Assembly: GCA_011109175.1 (NCBI GenBank)
Contig: RDEW01000012.1
Location: 598,874-658,334, forward strand
Direction of reading: 5' to 3'
From: Dicyema japonicum
Taxonomy: Eukaryota > Animalia > Dicyemida
DNA: 59,461 nt
Shown: positions 24,566 through 37,913 of the stretch, in pieces
How positions within the stretch are numbered: position 1 is the stretch's first letter
How the letters are laid out: every line of letters begins with the position of its first letter
The notes under the pieces: generated by a model
What the model was told of the DNA's origin: nothing
The model's input: only the letters and a program-made list of their open reading frames with translations
The model's database searches: none
Translations under genes and position numbers: made by a program

Positions 24566-26454
24566 TTCCACTTATCAATTCAACATTTTTTGGTAAATTA
24601 CACTTGAATGTCTAACGGGAATATAATTTAAAATTACAGCAGTTTCGCTTTAATTGATTGTGGTCATATTGATTTCTTGAATGTGGTCTTATTTATTACA
24701 ATTCTCTAAACTATGGTTCGTTGATTTATTGAATATCTTTGTCAAAATTGTTAATAATTTAGTCAATAATGTCAGAATATCACTTATAATAACATTAAGA
24801 TATATATGAATTGATCCAAATATAGGCATTCGCAGAAGTTTTCTGGGTGTGCTGCGATAACTTAATCAATTGCACGTATGATTAAATTTTTGAGAAACTT
24901 CCCCCACTCCATACCTGGAATAAAAGATGATCTTTTTGCGGTTGACAATTTTTCATTAACGATACCTGTAACATTGCGTCTTTTCCTTTGTCAGAGTTTT
25001 TATTCATCGACATTTTTTTTAGAAAAGTCCATGAGAAACAATTTTTGGGTTTACGCAAAGAAAGAGCTAGGAAATCCATTCGGAGGAATCACGATCAGCT
25101 CTAAAGAAGGATATCCCGATCGAGTTTCTTTGAAGACATTTGTGGAAGGCACTTCTGGACAACGGCGAATTTGTTGATGACCATCATGAGAGTCCCGAAA
25201 ATATTAGATGAAATCACTGACTAGTTAATTTGAATAGTTTTTTTAATAACTAAATAAATATATTTCTGAGAGTGAGTTATAAAAACGGACTCATTCAAAC
25301 GAAATCAACTCCGACAAGTAATTGGAATTCGTTGGCCAAAGAAAATAACCAATTCAAAATCATATGATATTGCCAGAAATTATCTACATATATAAAACTT
25401 GTAAGATGGAAATTGTTAGGTTAGATTATACGGTTGGATATTGATTTCCGGCAAATTACTTTCAATTGCTATGGAATCGGTGGTTTACCGACAACTAACT
25501 TTCCATAGTTCTAAAAAAGGAACTCTCAAAGCTAGATCTGTGGACGATCTAGATATACTAGGAGTCAAGGCAAAGGATAGAATACGATTCGGAAACTTTG
25601 GCTTATGTGCAGTTTTAAAAAACGGGTGATATTTTTTAGAATCTTTCAAAATAGTGTCTTTCTTCAGTAAAAAAAATATTTATTGTTTTCATGATAGCGT
25701 CTTTTGAAACAAGTGTGAGAATCTTTCATCTAAGTGCTGGCAAGAAACAGAATCATTTATACCAGTGTTTCTCAACGAGGGGCGAATTTTATTTGTCCGG
25801 GACTATTTATCTTTTGGTTTTATTTAAAATCTAATGATCTATTGTTATGTGGTGGTGATTTTTCTTACGAAGCGATTATTCCATTTCATTTAATTAAAAT
25901 ACGCATAACACAAACATCCTCAATCACTAGGAAAAGATAATGAATTAAAAACCTAAAGAAAAACAATGACGAAAGGATAAAAATAACTTTAAAATGTCTA
26001 CAAATCTGCAAACTATTCAGGATTTTTTAATCATAAAGTTGCAGAAATTGTCGCCAATATTGGATTTTTATTTTATAAAATAACCCTCATTGCCATATTG
26101 TTTTACTTCCGTATGTAGAAATGCCTAAAAACATATTCTCCAAAGAGAATTTTTGAATTATTAAAAACTATTCCGTTCACTAACGATACAATGCAAGGAA
26201 GAATTGACGATATGTCGTTAATTGTTACTTTTAAAATCATTAAAATTTGAAACAAGATTTTCAATTTTTTAACGAATTTAAATCATATTTAAAAATTTAT
26301 AATATAGTTTCTGCAATTGATGATGCAATAGCCAATATTGTGCATTTCAACAGCTCTGGTGCCAAGGAATAGAAATTTTTCCATTATTAAACCTCAGCTT
26401 CGGCAGAACTCACAATTTATTTAAAATTACTTAATTAAATTTATTCCAAAGACC

Positions 26455-29282
26455 GAGGGTAACTGAACTAACTAACTCTTTGATCCTGACTCAATCCAGC
26501 GTTCCAAAACTTGTCTCCAGGTAACGACATTGACAGAAAACTATCATCTGACATCAGTCGCATTTGGCGGGTGAATGACAGGATCTGCGTAATACAGATC
26601 CACTTGAACAATCAATGTTCCCCTAAAAATACACTAACGATTATAAATGTATATGCACCACACTGTGGAAGAGTGGCAAAAAACCCGACCGAACTGAATG
26701 AATTCTACTCAGCATTATCAAAGACGTATAATGAATATGAGTCGTCCTCACTTATATTCATTGCTGGCGATCTGAATGCGAAAATCGGAACAAAAAAGAA
26801 CTCAGAAGATACCTTCATGGGAAGACACGGACGTGGGAAAAGAAACTTGCCTGGGACCATACTTGACCATTTCTGCACGGCAAATAAACTGTTCTTGTGC
26901 AACACCGCATTCTCTCATCGTGCATGCCACATAACCACTTGGATGGGCGAACGAAGAAACCCAGAAAAAAAAATAGTCCCTATATACAACCAGATCGATT
27001 ATATTATATGCCGGATCAATGACAAACGCTCTCTTATAAACGCACGCTCATACGAAGGTTCAACAACTGTCAGCGATCACAGAATGGTTATTGTCACCTT
27101 CAGCATGGCGAAACATGGTATCAAACATAAGAAACATAATAACATTACAAACAATAATAATGAAAATACAAGAAATGGATACGCAACGGGAAAACTGATC
27201 TCTAATCCAGACACAGTCAAAAGTTACCAAAAACACATCTGCTCTTATCTGAAGGACCAAACAGTAGGAATTTCGTGGGATCACACAAGTATATAATAAA
27301 CGAAGCAGCAAGCCAGTACCTCGGCACGCGGGAGATGGCCAGTAAGGGTCTGACGACACATACAGAACTAGTAAAGGAATTAGCAAAGGAGTTAAAGGAA
27401 ATCCATACAAAAAAACTAATCGAAAAAAACTATAACAAGAGAAAAGTCCTTCAGGGGCAGAGGGACCAAATCCGTAGAAAAATCAGGAGACTGAACAAGA
27501 CACTTCACCAAGAAGAACTTCTTCGCAAAATCAATGAAGTATCCAAACTAAAGGATAATTCACAAATGTATATGGCCGCTCGTTTACTACGCCACACAAA
27601 CCGGAAGGAACGAATAATCATCAAAGACAAAAATGGCAAGACATTACTGAATACTGAAGAGCAAGCGGAGGTAATTACAACACATTTTGAGAAACTTTTT
27701 AATGTGGCTACATCAATCCCCCCATTTAAAGAAAGCCTAGACTTTAAAAGAACCAATTTCAATTTTGGAAGTAAAAACAGCACGTCAAAAACTAAAAAAT
27801 AACAGAAGCCCTGGACCAGATACGATAAACCCAGAATTACTGAAATACTGGCCTGACCCCCTTTTTGAAAAAATCGCTACACTACTAAATGAAATGTTTT
27901 CAACTAACTCAACCTTGCCCCTGGGAACGGGATTACTAATACTTATACAAAAACCCAATAAACCCAAAGGACCGGTTGAAAACTTACGACCTATTATATT
28001 ATCAAATTCTCTTCGGAAAGTTTTAGCTAACATTGTATTGGAACGAATAAAAGGACCCGCCTATGAATACCTACCCGAAAGTCAAAGTGGGTTCAGAGAA
28101 GGAAGATCAACAGCTGATGCAGTCTGGAGTCACAGATGGAGATGTGCAACACATCAAAGATATTGCAATGCCATCCACATTCTGGGAATAGATCTATCAA
28201 AAGCCTTTGACTCGGTTAACAGGAAAAAATTGATGACAGTGCTGGAAGGGTTTATTGACGAATCGAGTCTAAGAATGATTCAAATCCTTCTATCTAACAC
28301 AGAGCTCCTTGTGAGAGTTGGAAAAACCTACTCAAGAAAATTTGAAACAAACACAGGCACTCCTCAAGGAGACTCCCTTTCTCCCCTACTATTCACAATA
28401 TACTTGGAGGCCGCTATGAGGGAACTGAGACCATTATATCAAGGAAAAATAGAAGAAGTGATTTATGCTGATGATGTCGACCTAATTTCTGAAGACAAAG
28501 AACTCCTGGAGCATGTGTACTAGAAAAAGCACCAGATATACTTGAGAAATGGTTTCTCACCGTGAACAGGGAAAAAACAGGATGGACAGAGATAAGAAGA
28601 ATGAACAACTCACTCGAAGAAAAATAGAGACACATAAAGAGACTTGGCTCACTACTAGGAGATAGCGAAGACATCATACGAAGAAAAACATTGGCAAATG
28701 CGGCATTACAAAGGCTTAAAAATCTTTGGCTAAAACGGAAAGGATATAACATAAAACAAAGGATTATGTTATACGACACTTTCATCAAACCAATTCTACT
28801 ATACAACTCTGGGACCTGGGCCACCTCTAAAGAGGAATTGGAGAGGCTAGACTAATTTCACAGGAATCATCTAAGAAACATAACTGGAATGTCTTGGCCA
28901 TCCAAGATCTCGCAAAATGGACTGTACAATAAGTGTGACTGTATATTATTAAGCCACGAGATCATTAGCTCTCGTTGGAGACTTTTTGGACACGTCCTGA
29001 GGTTGGACCCGATATCCCCTCCGCGCTGGAAGATTACTACTCCTCCAATGTAAAATGCTTTCGTGGAAGACCGAGAACTACCCTCCCAGTCGTTCTACAA
29101 AACGATCTGAAAGCTGTGAAGAAAACATTGGCATCTGGTGACGATCTGGACTCACTGAGGGACCTAGCAAAGAACGGAAGAGCTTGGAGCAACCTAACTA
29201 ATTCTCTTAAATTTTTTGCTGCACATGCGGGGCTATAAATATTATGGCTCTCGTGAAAGTGCTAATAATAATAATAATAATA
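26455..29282 (+). mobile_element. RTE-clade LINE, near complete (5'-truncated in APE), lightly decayed
   Basis: APE motifs INVYAPH, AGDLNAKIG, NQIDY and SDH; RT motifs SQSGFREGRST, DLSKAFD, TPQGDSLSP and YADD; (TAA)n tail at 29263-29282; a few frameshifts and stops. Confidence 0.95.
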
Positions 29283-29494
29283 GTCACATAGCACTGCGTG
29301 GCCACGTAATCAGAAATAAGAAGTCATAAAAAATAATCCGAAGCAATTATTAAAGGAATTGAAAATGATATTATGCATTTATGGATATTTAAAACAAAAA
29401 TTCCAAAATACGATATTTATCTATTGTATTGTATTTAACGCAAGGCATAATTTATTTATTTAACTCCAAGACCACCAAGAAAGATAGATAAAAA

Positions 29495-30255
29495 CTAACT
29501 AATTAGGTGATCCCAGCCTCCAACAACATCCAAACTCTCTTTGTTGGTCTTCTGATGACCCAACCGCATTCCGGAAGCGTTTTCTCTTCCTTCTGCAAAG
29601 GAATTCAATCGGCGTGCACTTTTTTTATAACCGACAGAAATTCCTCTGCATGGGCCACTTTTTCCTTGAATGGGTTTCCCAGTTCCTTGCAAAAACGTAA
29701 GAAACCTTGGCCATTTCTCACCGTCGCCTCCTTTGAAAGCAGACTGGGGACAGATATGGAGTCTGATTGTATGTGCCTCATGATCTTCGTCTGAGAGAAT
29801 TCACACGCTCCACCCTCATAGAAGGAATGACGAATCTCCAGGCAGAACAGGCATATTCAATCGTCGGCTTAATAACTTAGATATACTTTGCTGATACAAG
29901 CAGTAGGAGGGAAGGGGCTCTTCTTTACGATGGCTTCTAGGACGTTCCATTTTCGAAGACCCTTGGTTAACACCTCCTCCGTGTGACTTACAAACGTTAT
30001 AAGAGAGTCAAAAGTTACTCCATGGATCTTCTGGATTCGTGTATAAGGGATGGGAATGTTTCCGAGAAATATCTCAAGTCCACCTTTAAATCTTCTGTCC
30101 GTAGTAAATAGCGTGAACTGAGACTTGGATGCAGACACAGACAGCAAATTCAGGATAGCCAGTCACACACCTGTTTGAGGTGTGACTGAACCACCGCCAC
30201 AGCCCAGGATGGAGATTTGTCCCTTGCAGCGATAATCAAGTCGTCCGCATAAGAA
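29495..30255 (-). mobile_element. 5'-truncated I/Jockey-type LINE fragment
   Basis: YADDLII, SASKSQFTLF and IHGVTFD motifs; ends GWDHLIS*. Confidence 0.8.
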
Positions 30256-30439
30256 AAAAAATGAGAAACACTGATTTATACTTTATAATTTACAACTTGA
30301 GTTTTTTCATGAAAGTAAGGCGAGTAACATTGGAAGACATCATGTGTTAATAAAAATTTATTTTTTCCCTAATTTTTATTTAGATTAAATTATTCCAAAG
30401 ATCAAGGGTAAAACCAATTTAACTAATTCCTTGATCATG

Positions 30440-30640
30440 AACCACACCAAATCACAGTGATCCAGAGGGCGTTGTCAGGGGAGCTGAAGGTCTATTCCAT
30501 AACACATCGCCAGGGAGTGAAATTGTCTTCCAGTGAAATGAATAGATGATCCTTTTGAATGCAGGCCAGGCATTGTGCCTCTCCTGACTGAAGTTGATCC
30601 AATGACACCACCAGAGGGAAGTAAAAGAAATCTTCAATCA
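30440..30640 (-). mobile_element. Divergent relative of the family-B core repeat
   Basis: Retains ggatca..hairpin..hairpin..caaaaggatcat on the minus strand. Confidence 0.55.
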
Positions 30641-31104
30641 AGTATCCACATTCATTGCATATATAATTATTGATCTTCATACTATATTGTATATCGAGTG
30701 CCTTAGAGAGCATGATGCGGTGAAAGTTGTCAATACTCTACATAGCTTTTTTGACAAGTCCCATGACATGCAATTATAAATTAGGATGGGCACGACAAAG
30801 CATTTGTATATCTTCAGCTTTACTTTTCCAGAGTTTTCTACCCGAGCGCCATATTTTTAATAGTTTTCTGAAAGCACCATATAAAAGGATTTTTCGGCGA
30901 GTTAAATTTTCCACATCCCCCATGAAAGATCCGGTCTTTTTATGTTTAAAAAAACCTTCGCTAGAAAATTTTTCAATTAGTCACGGTCAATGAAAAAAAT
31001 TATACAATTAAAAAATAATAAAATATTTTAATATTATTTTAAGATCACAAGTTTAATTAATAAAAAAATTTAAATTAAGTATCGTTGTCTCATCGTTAGT
31101 GTTG

Positions 31105-31978
31105 ATGGGTTTAGTACTACTTTCATTATTTTTAATAACGAGCAAAATAGTAAAAAATCAGGATTTCGAAGTGGAAACTGACGAAGAAAAGCCGATGACT
31201 GTAAACAAACGCTAAATATTTATAGAAACATTCAATTGACAAGACTTATAAAGAAAGTAAGCCTGAATTCAACTATAAGTTTCTAAATAGTTCAAACAGT
31301 TAGTAATTATAATAATTTTCAAGACCTTACTGTTGATAAACCAGTATCAATTCTATTTGGTGTAAAAAATAATAATTTATTTGAAAATTTGACAGTCAGC
31401 AAGGCTACAGCTTCTTTCTTGTACCCAAATGACAACAGCTCCATTCACAATGTTGTATTCATTGTTATTGTTAGTTCACATCAGTGGAATATAAACGAGT
31501 AGTAGACAGTGAGGCATCATTCATGTATAGCTTTGTTATTCCGACTGATTTTTCAAATTATTATTTCATATTGACTTTGAATGTATATTATTCATTCAAA
31601 AATACCACAATGGTGGAAACAATTTTTTCTAGTATAATATTTGCAAGGGAAGACGAAGACTTGTTTGATAGTGAGGGGTACATGTTTTTGTAAGGAGATA
31701 GATTTTTTGTTTGGGTCATTCTCATCTCACTTTCCGTTCTTGTCGTTGTTTTGCTTTATCGATTCACTTCAAATTATTTCGTATGCTTTTGTATTAGTTT
31801 GGTAGAAAAGTGGTAGTATGAGGAAAGGTTTTGGATCTGTCTTCAATGGTAGAATGGATAAAAGTCACTCCCTTAATGACGAATGGCTTTCTGGTGTCGA
31901 TATGAAAGTTCTCGGTATTTTCTTTTCCGTTTATTACTAGAATCCACTACAAGGAAACGGACGAATAATAATGATTAA
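31105..31978 (+). CDS. SSR1: Translocon-associated protein alpha (TRAP-alpha)
   Basis: Signal peptide and acidic stretch; ASFLYPND..IHN|FT, EASFMYSF, EDEDLFDSEG, a TM segment and DEWL. Six introns of about 23-26 nt. Confidence 0.8.
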
Positions 31979-32149
31979 TTAAATTTTGTTTTGATTGTTA
32001 TCACTTATTAAACTTCCAAAGTGCATTAAACTAGTAAGCAACTCTCGTGATTAAGCGCATTCCCCTTTACGATTTGTAAGGAAATGCGATCAATTAACCA
32101 TCCTATTAAATATAACTCAGAATTAATCATTAAACATTAATGTGAATAA

Positions 32150-33807
32150 TCAAATATTTAATTTATCTTCAATTATAAGCAACCTTTGTTTAACATCTGA
32201 TTGATGGGATTCGAACGAAGCCATTAATGATATTACTGTTTTTTGTAATTTTTCTACCTTTTCTGATAATACGCCAATTTGCTGATTACCGTTGTCTGTT
32301 TCTAATTTTGCTTGTGCAGCTAATTCTTCGTCAAGTAAATTATCCTTCCTTAGTATTTCTTCTCCTGTTTCTATGAATGCTTTTTCGGCTTCAGGATATT
32401 CTTTGAGAACATCCCAGAGATCATCCTTCTGTAGAACGAAGAGATCACTGTAGCCAAAACTTCTAATACTTGCACTGCGTTTGTTTCCAGTTTTATTACC
32501 AGGGATATTCATTATACTTAATTCACCAAAAATCGACCCTTCCTTGAGTGTAACATACACTGTGTTTCCGTCTTCAGAGACTACATTCAAAAGTCCCTTT
32601 TTAACGATATACATTTCTCTCCCAATATCGCCTTTCTTACATATATAGTCTCCGGGATTAAAAACTTGTAACTTTAACTTGAGGACAATCTCCATCAATA
32701 GCCCTGATTCCACATTCTGAAAAATTTTAACCCTTTTAAGAGTTTCATAATGTAAATTTAAAGCGATTTCTGCTTTAAGCCTGCTAGGTAAAATATTTAA
32801 TATTTTATCATCATCAAAGGACTGCTTGTTAGCCCAAAGATAGTTAAACCATTTGAGTACTTTGTTTTGTAGTGAACTGTCTACATTTCTTAGTTCCATG
32901 TACTGCTTGATTCCGTCCATACTTTGCTGAAATTCTATTCTTGATGCGTTCATATTCGTGACCATACTTCCAATATTACCGACAATTGTTGCAAAAATAA
33001 GGACGCCAATTAAAAAATCAAGGACCACAAAAAAGTGTTCAAAATTAGTGACGGGTCTTGGAACTTCTCCAATCGTAGTTAACGTTAATGTAGACCAGTA
33101 AAAACTATAAATGTACATGTAAATGAGCTGATCATGTCCTGGTTTGCAAATATCATAAACCCATCGATCACTACAGAAACCGATTGAATTACTCACTGAG
33201 AAATAAATACACGCATTCCAGTGAATAATAGTCAGAATATATGCAACGAGTTCAATAACACGAAAAAAATTAGGAAATTTTGTTCGATTTTCAACAAAAT
33301 TAAAATATTTAATGATAATATATATTTTTAATATTCTGTTGGCTCTTATTTCGGGGTAATAATTATTGAATACTGATATATTTATAAAATATATGTAATC
33401 CAATGGTATTACGGCAATGCAATCAATTTTGAATATTAAACTTTTTGTATATCTTTTTCTAAGTTTCTTGATGTCTGTTACCATTATTCCTTGTTCCAAA
33501 TAACCTGAAATTGAGTAAACCAATTAACCCTCTCTTGATTTTATAAAGATGTCAAATATATATAATAGGTCACTCAGTACGTCAATAAAAATCCAAATAG
33601 TTTTGTAATTATCTTGCAACAGCCAAAATGATGATCTTGCAGTGAGAACGATTGTGTTGTACAGAACTACCACAAACATTGTGGTAATCCAATAATTATA
33701 AAAGTCATTTGATGTGTTCACTACAAATGTTTTTATGAAACTATCATAGATTGATTTATGTACTTTTTTATTGATTCAAGCATGTTCCTGCTAAATTTCA
33801 GAGTCAT
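32150..33807 (-). CDS. CNGA: Cyclic-nucleotide-gated channel alpha subunit
   Basis: IIHWNAC, YWSTLTLTTIGE pore, C-linker, CNBD (FGELS..GNKRSASIRS) and leucine zipper. Introns of 24 nt (33504-33527) and 23 nt. The 5' end is uncertain. Confidence 0.93.
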
Positions 33808-34787
33808 TTTCTTTTTAATCATCGCAGCTAAAATTACCATCATTTAATCAATTGGTAGTAAATATATCATTGAATACACGTGATTTATTGACTCGTTCGT
33901 CTTGGAAACTAATTACTCGCTTGATGAAATGAAAAGCCAAGTCTTCACATAAGAAGATGGTGGCAATTAGTTGAAACATGATTTAAGCAGACCATTTATA
34001 TAATCTGAATTATAGTATTCTGCGTGTTACAAATAAGAATGGGATATTATTAAGATTGTTTTAGTTAGCAAGTGGTATCCTGAGAAGGAATAGCAACGCA
34101 GTCAGGGCAGCCTCTATATAGCCGTTGCTCTACTTTCTTTCTTCAAGTGGTCAATTTGTCGGAAGGTTGAGGTGTCTCCGTATCTCTATTGCACGAAATG
34201 TCCATTTCACTTAATGATAGATTAAGTGAATCCGTGACGGATTCAGGAGACATCGTAAAACAGAAATTATGAACGAAAGACTTGACGATGTGCGAAGAAT
34301 TCTAGTTCGAATCTTGTCGGACACAAAATTAAGATCTTGAAAGATCATTTGTGAAAACCTGTTGTATATAATGATATTTAATATGATTCTGCGTATATTA
34401 CTAATAAATATCATAATTTCTGATTTACAGCCAGTAATTTTAAGAAAAGTGAATTTCATTCTCGATAAAAATAAAATTTTTACTATGAACCGAATAAATC
34501 CGAATAGAGAAAAGTCTTGTGGAATTAATGAAAGCGATGAAAATCAATTCTAAAATGTCGATAAAAACTATTATTTATATTGAATCTTAGGACATATTGA
34601 AGAAGGAGAAAGTAATCAACTAATTAGGCGATTTTGGTTCTCATAGTCACCCATACATTTCTTCAGCGCTCATTGAAAGAACCCGATTTTTTCCGAAAAT
34701 AATATTATAGATACGTGATTTCAGTTTAATTAAATATATTAAATAATTAATTAAATATAATTGATAAATTAAAAATAAAAATATTAG

Positions 34788-37148
34788 ATGTATCTATTTG
34801 TTGTCCCTATTGGAGAAACGAAGTTTATAAACGTTTCCGAAACCAACTTTAATATTGGCAAATTAAAAACTTTAATTCAAAATAATTTGAGTATTCCAGT
34901 CAGAGATCAAGTACTCATTTACAGTGATGGTCGACTATGCCAAGATCACATATTCATTTCTGAAGTAGGATGCAATCACGTTGAATTTAATTTAAAATGA
35001 CAGAAATCCGTTCCACTTTTTCTTTTTCTGCAAATGACAAGTTGTCCTCTTCTCAGACTGCGAGACGGAAAATTATGGAAACATGTTTTGAGCCTATCAT
35101 ATGTGATGACATAATCACATACAACGATGTTGAAAATTATTTAATTGTTATTTCTATTATGTAATGCTAAAGACTATGAATGGAAGAACTTCTAAATTAG
35201 TAGAACTATTGGATAATCTATCTAATGATTCTGCACAACTTTATATGGCAAATAACGCATTGAATGCCAGTTGTAAACATTCGAAAGCGTATATACGGCT
35301 TTTTTTAATTTCAGCCATTTTAATGAGAACATTTCATTTGTTAAGGAGTTTATGGGATCTTTTATGAATCAATATAATTTGTTAACAGACCTAAAAATAA
35401 GTTTAACTTAAAATTTAGTTTAGTTTTCATGCTATTTTGGACAATTTGAAGAAAATACCAATTTTTAGTGAACTTGTCAGTACTGGTCTAACAAGAAATG
35501 TTAAATCGGATACTCTAGCAAGTTATTTAAAGTCTAATTCACTTTACGATTGGATTATCGCAACACAATTTGTATTGATTTTAGTTTACCTAGAATAATG
35601 ATGAACAAATTTATGAATATATAAAAAAGTTAATTGCACGTGTCGAACAGGTAACAATTATTCAAATTAACAGAAAAAATGGGAAATTTCTGGTTACGAA
35701 AACATTGAAATAATCGACTTTGATTACTCGAACCAAAAAAAGATACAAGAAACAAATTCACATATTAGAGCGCTCATAGAAAAGACAGAATATGAATTGA
35801 AGCTACTAGTCGAAAACATATATGTAAGTTATTATGATAAATCAAGGAATCGTTGAACACTATGAACGAAATAAGAAGTCACACGAGAGAAAATTGGATT
35901 TTATTATCAAAACTTAGAGACAGGGAAACAAGAATTTGTCAAAATTGAATCCAATTTGAATGGAATTTTGAACTTATATTCGACACTTTGTTCTTCAATC
36001 AAAAATAATTGCCAGTTTCCTTATTTTTATCTATTAAAGGAATCATTTTATAACTCTAAAACAAATATCTGAAATCCGATGTAAATTTCATATGTCAGTG
36101 ACTGAGTTATTTCCTGCTTATAAGGAGATTCAAATATTCAATCAGATAATATCTTCTCAGGAAATTACTCACTTGGAATTATGGAGATTCTCAGACGGAC
36201 TGTAGCCATAAGAAATTCGAAAGCGTAATTAATTAATATTATTTATTAGTGGAGTCGTGAAGTTCTGCAAGCAATCGAAAGTTTTAATAAAATTGAAAAA
36301 GAACGTAGAATTGAATGTAGTAATTACTTGAGTATTATTTGTATAATTTCATTAGACTGGAATTTTATTTATGGCTTTTTTACTTTTCTTGATAAAAGTC
36401 TTGCTTTTAATGCAAATGTTGAATTTTATTCAATTTATTTTTAGATCAAACATGAAAAAGTATATGATTCATTTTTGCCTGCCATTGATACTTCCAATTT
36501 TTTAAATATGAACAAGTTTCGTGTGAAAGCAGGTTTTTATTCTCATACATTGATTAGTGACTTTGAATATATAAATGATGGTTATGCTTATTCAAAGTCT
36601 GATGAATTTCTCCGGTTTTTTTCGCTTCCAGAAAGAATAAATAAGATTTTTATGGAATCTGAAAAAATCAAAGATATTATAAGCGAAGATTATAAAGAGA
36701 CCGAAACTAATGATGAAAAGACGGAAATTGAAAGTTCTGAACAAACAAGTGACCTCGCTGCTGCGGAATCAACTAACATTTCCATGTCTAAGTTATCAAT
36801 TGGCCGGTTTTATCTTTTTCTATATCCTAGAATTTGTGTTAATGACCACGTGCTAATATAATAATAGATTTAAATGTTGTGTCTTTTCAGTTTCGAAAAC
36901 CGTTTATGTGCTGGATAATGCTTCTATTAAATTAATAAATCATTACATTCAAGAAAATTGTAAACTGGTTAACGAAAGAAATGCGATTATAGGGTTGGTT
37001 AATAAGAAAAATCGTTTCATTTCTAAGGTTTTTAAAAATTAATTTATTTAAATAGAAATCTAGCAAATATTATGGATATGAGAAAGGAGACAAAGTTGTG
37101 ATACTATCAATTGAACCAAAATATGTCGATCTTGACTATGTACTATGA
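34788..37148 (+). CDS. RB1CC1: RB1CC1/FIP200/ATG11 autophagy scaffold, very compact
   Basis: N-terminal MYLFVVPIG..LKTLIQ..IPVRDQVLI..PLFLF matches the FIP200 ubiquitin-like domain; C-terminal SKLSIGRICVNDHVLI..FSVSKTVY matches the claw. Many micro-introns and two apparent 1-bp shifts. Confidence 0.8.
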
Positions 37149-37299
37149 ATTATATTTCTCTATTCATTTTCTTCAATTTGAATAAATTAAATCTTAATTA
37201 ATAAAAGTTTAATGCATATAACTACTAAATGATGTTTATGTCTTTTAGAGGAGTTTACTGAAACGCATCCTTAGTAAGTTATCCATGTCTTGTTAAAAA

Positions 37300-37832
37300 A
37301 TAAGTGACCCGCTGCTCTTCAATCGTTCAACTGCAATTGTATGCAGTTTTATAAATTTTCCAACGAAAGCTGTAGATCCGATCAGAAATTGGTCAGAGAA
37401 TGGGATCAAACAATTTCAGTCTATCTGTTATTTAAAGTATCCAAGTGATAGGGAGGAAGAACAACCCATTTTCCTTCCCTGATGAAATTTGTAAAATCGA
37501 TTGACTGTGAGGAAGAATAAATTGAGGACAATTAATTCCAGTTTCGGCAACATGTATAAAACTAGCAACCGTCAAAAAACGCGTCGCTAATACAGGACGC
37601 TCAAAGAGATCCATTACTTTCACGTCGAGCCCTGGTGGTTAAGGGCAAGCAAAGAGATCCCGAAGTACTCTCCCTGCCAGAGACAGATGATTTCCACAGC
37701 GTAAACGAGAATGTTCCACCTTAACGGTCTTCTGAAGAAGTAGTTCTGAAGCCCTAACCTCAATAGGTCTCTGCTCCAGTATCTTGTTCTCTTTGAAGGA
37801 GAATATGATTTATCGAACGCACCCTTATACAA
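37300..37832 (-). mobile_element. Decayed LINE RT fragment
   Basis: KGAFDKS..LLRLGL resembles the RT DxxKAFD region. Confidence 0.45.
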
Positions 37833-37913
37833 AATACATTTTTAAATTTGATTTAAATTTGGGAAAATAAACTTTTAACATGATTTAAAAATTAAATTAT
37901 TAATCATATTGTA

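Larger units (their letters stand above)
25763..30273 (+). mobile_element. hAT (Buster/Charlie-type) element carrying nested LINEs
   Basis: TIR cagtgtttctca (25763) and tgagaaacactg (30262-30273); perfect 8-bp TSD atttatac at 25755-25762 and 30274-30281. Transposase remnants IPFTNDTMQGRIDDMS (~26175-26220) and HCVA (~29292). Confidence 0.9.

Noticed and set aside
33745-33770. -1 frameshift at A-AAA-AAG in the CNG gene
   Set aside because: A 23-nt GT-AG intron (gtacataaatcaatctatgatag) restores the frame with no shift.
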